Shown here piece by piece: positions 1 to 12,300 of a stretch of 64,000 nt of DNA. Within the stretch, counting starts at the first letter, position 1, and each line of letters opens with the position of its first letter. Location of the stretch: the NCBI GenBank assembly GCA_050575255.1, contig JBNZDD010013650.1:1206198-1270197 (forward strand). The letters are read 5' to 3'. Both the position numbers and the translations under genes were made by a program. The stretch is from Harriotta raleighana. Lineage: Eukaryota. The notes under the pieces are model-generated. The model was not told the DNA's origin, did no database searches, and worked only from the letters and a program-made list of their open reading frames with translations.

Positions 1-179
1 AATCTCATGTTGTGGTGTGAGTAAAATACTTATGTTCCCAAATAGGGAAATGCACCATTTCCTAGCACCAGTTTCACTGCTATTATATTTTTGATTCCCA
101 TGATCTGACGCTGGAAATGCTTCTGAATGTAAGAACTATGAAAAAAATTTAAAAGTCGCATTTGCTTCATTTTATTTAG

Positions 180-302
180 GAGGAATACAGTTATACACGA
201 ATCAGATGTTTAAGTTGGCAAAGAATGCTGTAACAACTACACTTGCATGGTTTTTACAACTTTATCAGACAATTTTGATGAAGACTGGGTTTTACTCCAA
301 AG
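180..302 (+). CDS. SUN1: SUN1 exon (123 bp, phase 1-1)
   Basis: tttag|...|gtacat; [40 protein letters not shown] resembles the mammalian SUN1 nucleoplasmic alternative-exon peptide (…VQLFQVVLMK…). Confidence 0.75.
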
Positions 303-3300
303 GTACATAATTGGGGAAGAGCGAAGCACTTGCATGTTATTCAGTCTGTTTGCATTGCCTACATTAGCTGACCATTTTTTCTTCCTGAAAGAATCCATTC
401 GCTTGTTCTGAATTCTTGTATCTCGAGACTTGCTGTGGTTTGCTTGTTTATTTTCCTTTGAAATGCTAAAAAGTCCAGTTAACTTAAAATCTACTAATTA
501 CTGTGCTGAAATAATAAATATCTTAGCTTTTCTCCTTGCAATGCTGGTGATGTTCAGTTTGGGGCTTTTGCTTGGACTTTCTCACGTGATTGCACCGAGA
601 GACACTCAGATTGGGCTTGCAGTTGTGTTTTCGTGCAATTAACACTCTGTAGTTGGTCTTAAGTGAGCCACAACTTCAGTTCTCTGCTTGCTTACACGGG
701 TGATCAATTGATCTGTTAATGAATATATTGCTGTGCATGATCGGTATTGTCCTGGCTACGTGGAAATAAAGCATCTATATGCCCAGATAGCCTAGAATTT
801 GCCCCAAAATTTTGCACCCATTTCAAAATACTAAGAATCGATTTCTGTATTGCAGTTCATTCAAGTTGCTGTGGAAGATTGCATGCAAAAGAGTTGATTA
901 CTAGGGATGGACATCTGAATATAAATGGGGAATCTTTATGTAAGTATTCAGATCTCATGCCTCTGTTGATGCTTGTGGTATTCTGTAGGGTAAAATGCAC
1001 TTGACCACTACTTGGGTCCACTTTATTCCACCCGCTAATTTATTGTACTGCAATGATCAACAGGTGATGACTGCAAAGGAATGAAACATGATATCCACAG
1101 ATCCATTGAGTTGCAGTCCACAAAGTGCACGAAGTTCACACGAATCACAGGGAGTGTCTGGCTGATCTTTGCTTATGCAGGTTAATGTTTAGACATTTTT
1201 GATTTATTTTTATCCTCATTTGCAGCGATAATGTTGTAAAAAATGCAGAGAGATGTAGTGCCAGTGACACTGGGAAATGTTGAGCCTTTTTATAATGGTT
1301 TTCGTAATACGTAAAACCATTTTCAGTATGATTGCTTCAACTTTGAAATGTTTGCATATTGATTTGCTTTATATTTGTAGGTTCATTCTTGCTGCAAGTG
1401 ATGCAGGCTGGTAGGGCGGCTGCCTGGTTTGTATCCAGGAAGGTCTCATCTATTCTGTGGTTGGCCATTGTTTCTCCAGGTTATTTAATTTTTAAAACAT
1501 TTTATTCTGCATCTGTTTTTTTTTCAGGCTTGGTGCTGTAGCTTGCTGTGCATGGCTGTGTTGTAGATCTCTGTTGACATCCAGCTCAAAGCTTTATGCA
1601 ATAGTGGAATGGTTTTAGTAGTGCTGCATCATGGCTAAGTTGACCTTGCTTTATTCATATATGTAGTGCTTGCTTTGAGACTTTTATTTCCTCACAGAGA
1701 TGTAGTGTTGGCATTGTTCTTACAGCACGTTTCTTTGCAGGATTTGCATGTGTTTCAGAATTTTTCCATTCCCCGAGTGAGCATCTTGTTCTTTGATCAT
1801 GAGCATTCTTTTTTCATTCTTGCAGGGAATGCAACTTCTGTAGCATTCTGGTGGCTTGGAACTGGATGGTACCAGCTGATTACTCTAATGTCTCTTCTTG
1901 ATGTATTTTTGCTCACCAGGTATGTTCTGAAGTCAAGATTGCAATGATCTTTTGACCAAAAATGTTTCTATGTGGAGCCCTGTAGCTCAGTGGTTAAAGC
2001 ATTCGTCTTGCAAGCGAGAGACCTGGGTTCAATTCCCAGCAGGGTGAAATGTTGGGCAAGTTTCCTTACTCCCCACACCTCTGTTTACCAAGCAGTAAAT
2101 AGGATCCCAGTTGTTAGTCGATTGGTGGATTGCTTCTCTGGGGGTAATAATTCATTAAAAAATAATTGATCACTTCAATCCATCTGTGACTATTTGTGGG
2201 ACACTGCTGTGTGCAATTAGCTGCTGTGTTTTTCCCACAAAACGAACAGTCAATTCACTTTTCAGTATATTCTGTGAAGCACTTTGAGACATTTTGAAAA
2301 TGTGATCAGGTGCTATATAAAACGCAAGGATTATCATATCCAGAGAAAAAAGCTCTTACCTGTCCATTCTTTATAGTTGATTCTATCTCATCCCTAGTAA
2401 CATTCTATTAAATTTACACTATGTATCTGGGACATGTTTTTAATTTTTTAATGTTTTAATTTGTCAAGTTCTTGTACACTAAACTTCTGATAACTTGTCA
2501 CTCGAAGGGATAGGGCTCAGTGACTAATTATCAGGGGTGGCATTTAGGCATATGTATAAATACATAAATAAATGTGCTCAGGATATTGATAGCATAATGA
2601 AATAAAGTAGTGAACAGTTAATCCAGGGTCAGTTATCAGGACCTTATTGTAATTAATTGTTTTTTTAATTCTCAGATGCTTTCCCAAATTTCTCAGGTGG
2701 TTGCTTTTGTTGATCCTGTTTCTTTTGTTCGGTAAGTAAATATTCACAAACTAGCACTTAAGAATAAGGCGTGGTTAAAATGTACAGTTAAATGAAGCAC
2801 TGGAAGATGACCAATGCCCAAAAATGCTGCTGGAAAAAGAGTGCAAATTAGATTGATAGTTTTATCGAATCCACCTTAATTGAATAAAGACCTCTAGGTT
2901 AACAAGTGTACAGTGCTGTACAAAAATTAAATTAAATTTCAAAGGCTAGATCTGCAACACTAATCCTTACTGCTAGGGACATCTGGACATGACATCTGGA
3001 TTGGCAACAAATACTGTACCTGTATGTAATTTGTAACGGTGCTGTATAACCTTACAAAATCTAATAGTGCAAATTGTTTGCTTTAGATGATTTCTTTAAA
3101 TGAATATGGTGCCAAGTACAGTACAGTAAAACCTCATTTATCCGTGACTCGTATAATCGGAAAACCCGTTCAACCGCCATCTTAAAAAAAAGTCCCGATG
3201 CAACTAACTNTATAATCGGAAAACCCGTTCAACCGCCATCTTAAAAAAAAAAGTCCCGATGCANTAGTGCAAATTGTTTGCTTTAGATGATTTCTTTAAA

Positions 3301-6300
3301 TGAATATGGTGCCAAGTACAGTACAGTAAAACCTCATTTATCCGTGACTCGTATAATCGGAAAACCCGTTCAACCGCCATCTTAAAAAAAAGTCCCGATG
3401 CAACTAACTGGAAGTTATCTGGCGACGCATTGAATGTCGGGTCTAAACTCGTTCCGGGTCCTTTTAAAAGTCGCAGTTTTTTTACCTCGTTCAAATGTGC
3501 CTGTCGTTGGGAAGTTAAGCACTGAATACATAATAAATACCGCTGCAGGTAGCAGCCAGAGAGAGAGGGGGAGGGAGGAAGCGGGTGTGGGGGGGGTGGG
3601 GGGGAATGGAGGGGAGGAAACGGATAGAGGGAGGGGGGGAATGGAGAGAAGGGGGGGGGGAATGAGATATGGGGAAGGGAGAGAGAGAGATAGGGGAAAG
3701 CATAATGGAGGGGGAGGGAGAGAGAGAAATGGTCAGGGGGAGGAGCGGGGTGAGTTTTGTGGACAGAATTTATATGATGGATTCAGACTGAATATTTTTG
3801 AGGGTCTGTGTGTGTTTGTGTGTGTGTGTCTGTCTATACGTGTATGTCTGTGTGTACTGGCCGTTAGATCTAAACTTGTTGCTTTTTAAAGTCGCATTTT
3901 TTACCTCCCGTCGAATCAGTGCTGCAATTGCGAAGTTAAGTATAAATAATCATGTACTTATAAAATATTCTGTTATTATTTAGTCCATTATTAATATGGT
4001 ATATGTTAAAATATTTTTTTTTAAATTTGAAAAAATTATATTTAAGAAAAAAAATTAAATAATCCGTTCAACTGGAAAAACTGTTTAACTGCTACTGGCC
4101 AAGTCCCATGGGTGCTGGATAAACGGGGTTTTATTGTAGTTTGTGGTGCTCCTTGTCTATATGCTCCATCCGGGCAACGTCATCCACAGACTTCCACATA
4201 TATGCAGATGACACACAAATCTACTTTGCCTCCTCCAATAGCAACTCCAGGTCTGTTGATGTTCTCCGCCCCACCATCAGAGGTTGACTTTCAGCCATCT
4301 AGTGGTTTGTTTTAAAATGTGTTTTGGTGCAGACAATTTGATAAATAGCAATGGGTTCTGTGTGAGTGAGTGGGAGGGGACTTTTTAAATAAAAAATCAA
4401 GTACTGTACTCTATATTGCAGTAATATCAATTTGTATTGTAATTTGCAGAAGCAAAATATATTAACATAAAATTATTTACTGGCTGAAGGAAAGATCTAC
4501 ATAGACATTATCGAACTACTATTTTTGGCTTATCCATTGAAAATAATTTAAACTCAGCCACAGGACTAGGTTCTTCGGCCATTCAAGTCTGCTCTGACAT
4601 TTTATTGTCTGGGTTAGCTCTTTATTATTTCAGCACCTTGGGACGTCCTCCTGATGTGAAAGGCGCTATACAAGTGTAATTTTGTTGTTTATTATGAATA
4701 TTTATACAGTCATTTAACCAGGTGTGTTTTTTTTCCTGATAGGTTTATGGTACTTTGGTCTGGCAGGTCTATGGGCTTTCTTGCCTATTTTTAATGGGAC
4801 AACAGTGCAGACTATTAAGAGTTCAAAAGAAATTTTACCAAACATCCAAACAAATGAAGAGGCTTCTTCTATTCCACTTCCACTGGTAACTCTTTCCACC
4901 AAGTATTTTGTGCAGTGTTCTTTAAAATAGTAGGTTTGGCTTTGTGATTCCCAGTGGCTTCTCTTTTAGAGTACTGGACACGAGTGGGACTGGCATCGTA
5001 TGGCTGAGCTAGAAAAGCAGATCGCTCTATTAAATGACCGATGTGTTCAAAGCACCGAAACATCAGATGATCGATACAGTCAATTTGCAATTATGCTGCA
5101 AAAACTACAGGACCAGATTGGGGTGATGAGTGACAAAGAAACAATCCTAGTTCTGATAAGAAATGCTATCAGCCAGCACGTGCAATTGCTTCGGGAAGAG
5201 ATAAAGAGGGAAGGAACTGACATAAAGGAGGTAAACTGCTTGGAATATTCCAGTCAAAATGACAAAGATGAACCTGGTCAACTGTCATGTGCAACCATTC
5301 TGTGCTTAGTTTATGATGCTTGAGGTGTTTCAGAACAGAAAGTCTGAAATATTTAACAGCATATTTTATAAAGTGCTTTGAGATGTCTCGAAGACAAGAT
5401 TAGGTGCTATATCAAATGCAGGATTATCATTATTTTCCGCTACAAAATTGCACTGATGCTAACTATCCTCACCTGAAACATATGTAGTGCTACAAAAACT
5501 TGTTGTAAGTGTTAGTCAGTTATTGTTGTCAATGAGTGGCGCAACTGGCTCTACTAATTATTAGTATTTGCCAACTCAATGTGTAAACACATCTAACTTG
5601 GGCAAAAAAAATTTGCTTCTTCTCATTTGAACTAGTCAAGATTTTTCCATTGCCATCCTCCCAATTATTGGAAACTCTGAAATGTGCCTTGGAAGTGTGA
5701 GAAGCTGCTTTTCATGACACTTTATTTATTGAGTTTTCTTGTAAAATGATCAGATGATCAAACTTGTACATATATCAGAACAGCCAAATTTGGCAGTGTT
5801 AGTATTCTCCTTCTGTTAGTCAGATTCCAGTCTGCATATTTTGGAACTGATAATGCATGTGCATATTTTGTTTTGAAAAATATTTATATATTTTTAAAAA
5901 ACTTCTCCCTTCTATCCCAGAGTAAGTTTGTAGCTTTACATCAGAGACTTGAGTCACGGATTGCTGAACTGGAGTTTCTGCTTCAGAACTTGTCCAGCAA
6001 ATCTGAGGTAATGTTGTGTTTTTTGACAAAGGTATTATATGTTACTTGTATACTGCATTTGTATACTTGTGTGTGAGTTCCTAAACTTAAACAAATCTTT
6101 AAATGTGCCTACACTTACCTCCCGCCGGTTCATACTCTCAATCGCTCTGGGAAACTGCCATGTGTGAGAAGCACTATTTAAATGGAAATCATTCTAATGA
6201 AATGCTTTATAAAATACTAGAATTGCTTGAAGACGGAGATAAGAGTTTCAGTTATTCTTAAGAACTTTGAAATGATGTTGTTAAAACATGTTCCTGTTGA

Positions 6301-9300
6301 TTGTATTCCACATTCATTGTGAATTCCTGTAGCTCAGTGATTAGAGCACTCACCTTGCATGTGAGACACGGATGCAATTCCAGGCAGGGCAAAACAGTGG
6401 GCAAGTTTATTTACCTCATATGCCTGATAATAAGCCCTCTAAAAAAAAACACAATAATAAATTGGTCATTTCAATCCACCACTGATTGTGGGACACTGCT
6501 GTGCGCAATTGGCTGCCGTGTTTTACCCACAAAATATACAGTCAATTAATTTTACAGTGTATTCTGTGAAGCGCTTTGAGACATCAAGAAGATGTGGAAA
6601 GTGCTATATCAAATGCAACGAGTATTATGATCAAAAGGGAAGCCTAAAGATGCTTCCAGCAACTGAATGAACAGTTATGCCTTTCTCATTCTTTCCATGT
6701 AAGGAACTTATCGCTGTAATTCAGAAGAGCTGGAAACAAAGCTACTCGATGTTTCAAAGCAACCTCTGGCCTCCGCTAGAGATATTTATACATGATTTTG
6801 TGTGTTTGTTGCTTGCATTTGTAAAGCATCTTTCACATCGGGAGGATGTGCCAAGGCGCTGAACAATCTGAGGTCAGGAACGGAGCATGGGGAGGAGGTG
6901 GCAGGGTTGGGATGAGGGAGGGATGGCAATATGGTTGTTGCTGGACAGCCAATGCCGAGTGCCATGCTGAACCCAGCAAAGGATTCCCAGGCTGGAGTAC
7001 AGGGAGACTGTGGAGTGGTCAAGTGGGAATAAGAGAATGGAGAGAGAGGAGGACGGAGCGGCAGAGTTGCAGGGAAGGGGGTATTTTAGGGGAAGGACAG
7101 CTCGGGTCAGCATGTCCGCTAAGATGTGCATGCTGAGACTTGAGGCAGTGGTTAATGGGACAAAAACACCCCCAAAAGACACACATTTTTAAATATAAGG
7201 TTGCCCTGTGACTGATTGTCGATATTGTTATTTGCTTGTTAATTATTGCTGCTTTAGGCTGTCTGAATCATTGAGCCTGGAACCATTCTGTTACATTAGT
7301 ATAATTGTAATGTGCTCTTGTATTTGAACGATTTTCCTAATGCATTTTACGAGTTCTGTTAAAGCAACAATTGAAATTGTATTCAAGCCAGAAAATTTTG
7401 TGAAAATCTGGATAATTATACCAACAAACCTTGTTTGCTGAAGTCCATTATATTAATTTAACTCTGCTTTGACATAATGTAATCTGTCTTGCACAATAAT
7501 TACTGACTTCAGTGTTTCTGAAACAATGTTGGCCTGAATTTTTATTGTTGAACATGATGTTTCAGTTTGCCATCTGCTATGAATCTTATTGAGCAGGTAG
7601 ACAGCTTGCCAAATCTGTGGATTTCCCATGGATTTGGGCATTTTGCAAAGCATTGCATCTGTTGAGTTTTCCTAAAATAAGGTCTGCCTACCAAGTAATG
7701 AAAGCTGTTAGGAGTATTACTATGAACATATTTCTCAATATAAACCTAATGATTTTTCTTTCACTCCACCAGGAGGTTCACAAGGAAGTGGTAACTGCAA
7801 AAAACAGCATTGTGATGTAAGTTTTAATTATATCCTGTGATACTGGTACCACATTGCTGTAATTTATAGCATGTAATATTTCTCATTGCCTGCTACATTA
7901 ACTTTGATTTATTTTTCAAGTGGTCAGAGCGAGGAACAGTACCATCACCTTGTGTCTGAACTGAAAAGACTTGATCTTGAATTGTCCACAGTTAAGTCAG
8001 AACTATCAAATATGCAAGATTTGAAGGCATCTTGTGTAAAAATGGATACAATACAGGGGACCGTAAGTATTAATTTATCCATTTTGTTAAAAATGGGTTT
8101 ACTGAAATTGCTATATGTATATAAAGCTTAAAGCTATTGCCCCAGATGAACAAATGGTTTTTGCTTTAGCAGTGATTTAAAGCACAGAGGGCCGAGCAAT
8201 TTTGTTGCAATCACTTGTCACCCTGCTTTTACAGGTAGATGCTCAGGTCAGAGAATTGGTCAACTTACTGATGATTGGGAGCCATCAAGAAACTTCACCT
8301 GAATCCTTCAAGGATTGGCTGTCTTCACAGTTTGTCAACCAAACTGATTTCCAGATCCTTTTAAAAAGTCTTGAACTGAAAATCCTAAAAAATCTTACAC
8401 AATATTGGGTGGAAACCAAAACTGTGCCAAATGCAGAAACTGCTACATGTGCAGTCAACAATGTAGGAATCAATGGTATTTCAGAGCAGGTAAGCACAAC
8501 TAACATTCCAAATCCCTGTGCATTATTTAGAATTGCCTTTGTTTAATCTGCAGAGTAACCAGATTGGTACCCAATTTCAGATACACCGACCCATATTCGC
8601 TCCTTCTGAATCTATCATGCAGTATGCATTTATGTAGGTATAACCAAGCTCAGATCAATCTTGAGCATTCAATGAGACACTGGGAATCGCGCTACAGTCT
8701 TCACGAATAAAGGATATGAATAGATCCATGATCTCACCAGTTTCTTTTCTAATTAAAAAAATCTATTCCAGATACTGAAAGAATACGATAAATATATAAA
8801 AAGACTAAAAAGCAACAAATGAAAGATATAACACCATTTTAAAAAAGGAATGTTTTGCAGCCCAAATCTTTTAGCTACAGGAACAAGCAAGCAATTGGGT
8901 CTCCAATCTCTCACTAATTAGTTTTTTCTCTTGATTAATTTGTCTCTGATCTCTCTGGCCCACAGACTCGCCAATTAACAACAACAAAATTACATTTATA
9001 GAGCGCCTTTCATGTCAGGAGGAATTCCCAAGGCGCTGAACAGTCAGCGAGCAAGGGAGAGGGGTAGGCTAGGGGGGAATGGCAGGAGAGAGTTAGGAGG
9101 GGAGGGAAAGTGTTGGGAGGACAGCAGAAGGCAAGGTCGAAGAGGAGGGTCTTGGGACTGGCCTTGAAGGAGGCGAGGAAGGGAGCGAGGCGAAGGGACT
9201 GGGATGGAGGTCCAGAGAGTGGGCGCAGGGAGGCTGAAAGCCCGTCCGCCAATGGTAGCGTGGTTCGGATGGGGTACATGAAGCAGGCTGGAGTCTGCTG

Positions 9301-12300
9301 AACGGAGGGGGTGGGGAGGTTCATTGGGGGACAGCAGGTCAGAGAGATGGTGGGGGGGAAAGGCCCTGAATGGCCTTGAAGATGAGGATCTTGAATTCGA
9401 TTCTCTGGGGGATGGGGAACCAATGGAGCCGGGCGGAGATGGGAGTGATATGGAGTCTGATGCATTTAAACCATTTTGCAGGTCTGACCACACCTCAGCG
9501 AATATTTTATCAAACCATGAGTTAAGATTCAGGTTGAGGCCTCAAAGGACTTGTTCAATTTGAGGTGTGAAGGAACTTGCACATTATCTTTTGGACAACA
9601 TCATTGACATCTAACCTCTCAATCCATTTGCATCTGAGCCCGTTCTTTCAACCATCTTCAAAACATCATAGAGAGCATTATTGTTGAGTGCTCATGTTAC
9701 TGGATGTTCATTATAGCTGATTGACAGCTTTAAAAAAAAATTAAAGTTGCAGTATTCATCCATATCTCCTGTATTCAGTGGATTAGGGATGATTTGAATA
9801 TAGCCCCTGGTTGATGGGAATAGATGTATGTCTCCCTGCTGACTTGGAATGCGCCTATTAAATGAGCTTGGGCCACTGCAGCAAATTCCCGAATTCTAGG
9901 GATAATGAGCATTTGAAAAAATGCTAATGGAAAGGTATATTATTTCCTGGAACAACTTATCATTTTCCACTTTAGTGAGTGTGTTCATTAATTTAGTTAC
10001 TATTTATGATTCTCAAATTATGTTTTGTTCTATATTCCACTGTTCCTGAATGAAACACTCCCAAACCATCATGTAGAGGATATCCGAGTGTTACCTTTTC
10101 ACCTTAAGGTTTTAACCCAAAGTAGAAACTCTTAAGAGTCATGTACCAGTAATGGATTTAAATCACTTTACCATGACTTGTTTAATCTTCATTGAGGACT
10201 GAATAAATGTAACTTCATTCTCCAAAAATATTTACCAGCTTTTTAGGATGTAAGTTTCTTGTCTTTTTTTCGCCTTACCTTCCCAACTACCCCACAGCAA
10301 GTGCACCTCATTGTGAAAAATGCTTTGAAATTGTACAGTGAAGATCAGACTGGCATGGTGGATTTTGCTTTGGAATCTGGAGGTGAGCATAAATAATTCT
10401 TTGTTTGTGCTTTGCAGGTCTGTGCTTTCAATTGCTGTGAATGTGAAGTATCTGTTGAAACAAACCAATATTTAATATGCTTTTAAAATTCCGTTTGAAA
10501 CTCCATCGCAGATATAAATTCCAGTTAAAGCAAAATATGAAGACAATATAGTTTTGTATAGTGAATGCAAGTGTAATACCCTTTGAGGAAGTCATCCTGT
10601 ATACTGTACCTAACCAATTCTGTGTAATAAAGTCAGCCTTATACAAGAGTAAACCTAACCCAAAACCCTAACTCTAACCCAGTGTTTTTGTGTAGGATTT
10701 CACATGGAACATTCTTGACAGTACTCGCTGAAAACAAAACAGCAATATTACAGTTAGAATGTTGTTTGTATACTGTGGCACTCTTTAACAAAACGTCCTT
10801 TTGACCATGTACAGGATGTCGTTTGCAACTTTTAGAAGCTATGTTTAAATTAAGTTGATTTGAATAGGCAAATTGCACCACAAATGATATCAACATGCTC
10901 ATCAGTTGCAGAAAGCAGTTAGTGAAGTCACTGCTGCATGGAAAATGTGTGTTATTCCAAGTGGAGAACAACAACAGAATTGTATTTGTAGAGCACCTTA
11001 CATATTGGGAGNCCGATGTGGAACATTAATCGTGTGAAAGTCTTTGCTGATTCCGCGAGCGTTGTTTTTTGCGGGGGTGAGGGGGTGGTGGGCTTGGGGG
11101 GTGGTGGGGGGGGGGGGGGGGGGGGGGGGGTTTTCAGAGGCACGGTCGAAAAGGAAGATCTGGAGTTGGGCCTTGAAAGAGGCAAGGGAGGGAGCAATGA
11201 GGGATTGTGGGATGGAGTTCCAAAGAGGGGTCAGAGTGGCTGAAAGCCTAGCCGCCAAAGATTGGATGGATCAGGTGGGAGACATGGAGCAGGCTGGAGC
11301 CTGCTGAATGGAAATAATGGACAGGTCAGAGAGATAGGAGGGAGGGAGCAAGGCCTATTGAGAGCCTTGAAAGTGAAGATGAGGATCTTGAATTATATTC
11401 TCTGAGGATTGGAGAGCCAGTGGAGAGCGTAATGGGGTTATAGAGGCTGGTGTGGAAGAGGACACGGGCTGCAGAGATTTGGATGATCTGCAACTCGTGG
11501 AGGGAAGAATGAAGTTTCCATAGTTGAGTGTTGAGGTGACATGAATGAATGATTGTTTAGGTATCTTTAGGGGAATGACAGAGTTGGGCAATGTTGTGGG
11601 AGTGGTGGAAGGTAATGCTGGTCATAGCATGGATACGGGGGAGAAAGGACATTTAAGGGTCGAACAAGACACCCACATTTTAAATAATTTAACCAAAGAA
11701 AATCATTATCTTTAATATATAAATTGTGTCTTTGTTTATGCTGGAGCTGGAAATTCTGCATTTGATTTCTGGCTGAAAATGATACACCACAAAATCCAAA
11801 CAATGTCTCTTTGTAAGAGCAACCAGTAACCTTGTTTCATTTCCTTAACATTGGGCGTTCCTGACACTTGATAAAATTACTTGTTCATAATCCGAGTGCA
11901 ACACTGGGCCACAATTTGATCATGTAGAAGCACTGTTACAAATTGTCATTGCCAGATTTTACAATTTTATAAAATATTTGGATACTTTCCCAAGACTAAT
12001 GTGACATTCTTGCATTCTTTATTTAATATAATTTGAGCAGGAAAACTGATTGTTAAAGTGGCTGTGTGAAACCTGTTAGAAGGTAGCAACTCAGCAGAGG
12101 TTATGTCTGTATAATAACTTGGTCACTTGATCCACGACTGGTTGGAACACTGCTGTGAGCAATTTGCTGCCATGTTCTGTCCACAAAATATACACTATAT
12201 TCCGTACAGCTCTTTGAAACGTCTCAGACATATACCAAATGTAAGGATTATTAAATATTATATATAATACATTTATATATCCTTAGGACTTCTTGAATGT

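Noticed and set aside
1505-1541. Strong-looking acceptor (T-run followed by CAG at 1525-1527) as an extra SUN1 exon
   Set aside because: Only about 48 nt from the 1480 donor and the phase-1 frame hits TAG within five codons; no peptide similarity
1972-2045. tRNA-like sequence with A and B boxes (also 6322, 15571, 42560-42634)
   Set aside because: Each continues into a shared SINE body and LINE-type tail; these are SINE heads, not tRNA genes
3434-3889. 151-aa Gly/Arg/Glu-rich ORF
   Set aside because: Translation of purine-rich and (GT)n tracts inside a MITE
11012-11130. Poly-G/G-quadruplex tract and odd sequence after N11012
   Set aside because: Directly follows an N within an L2 3' UTR and looks like low-quality sequence
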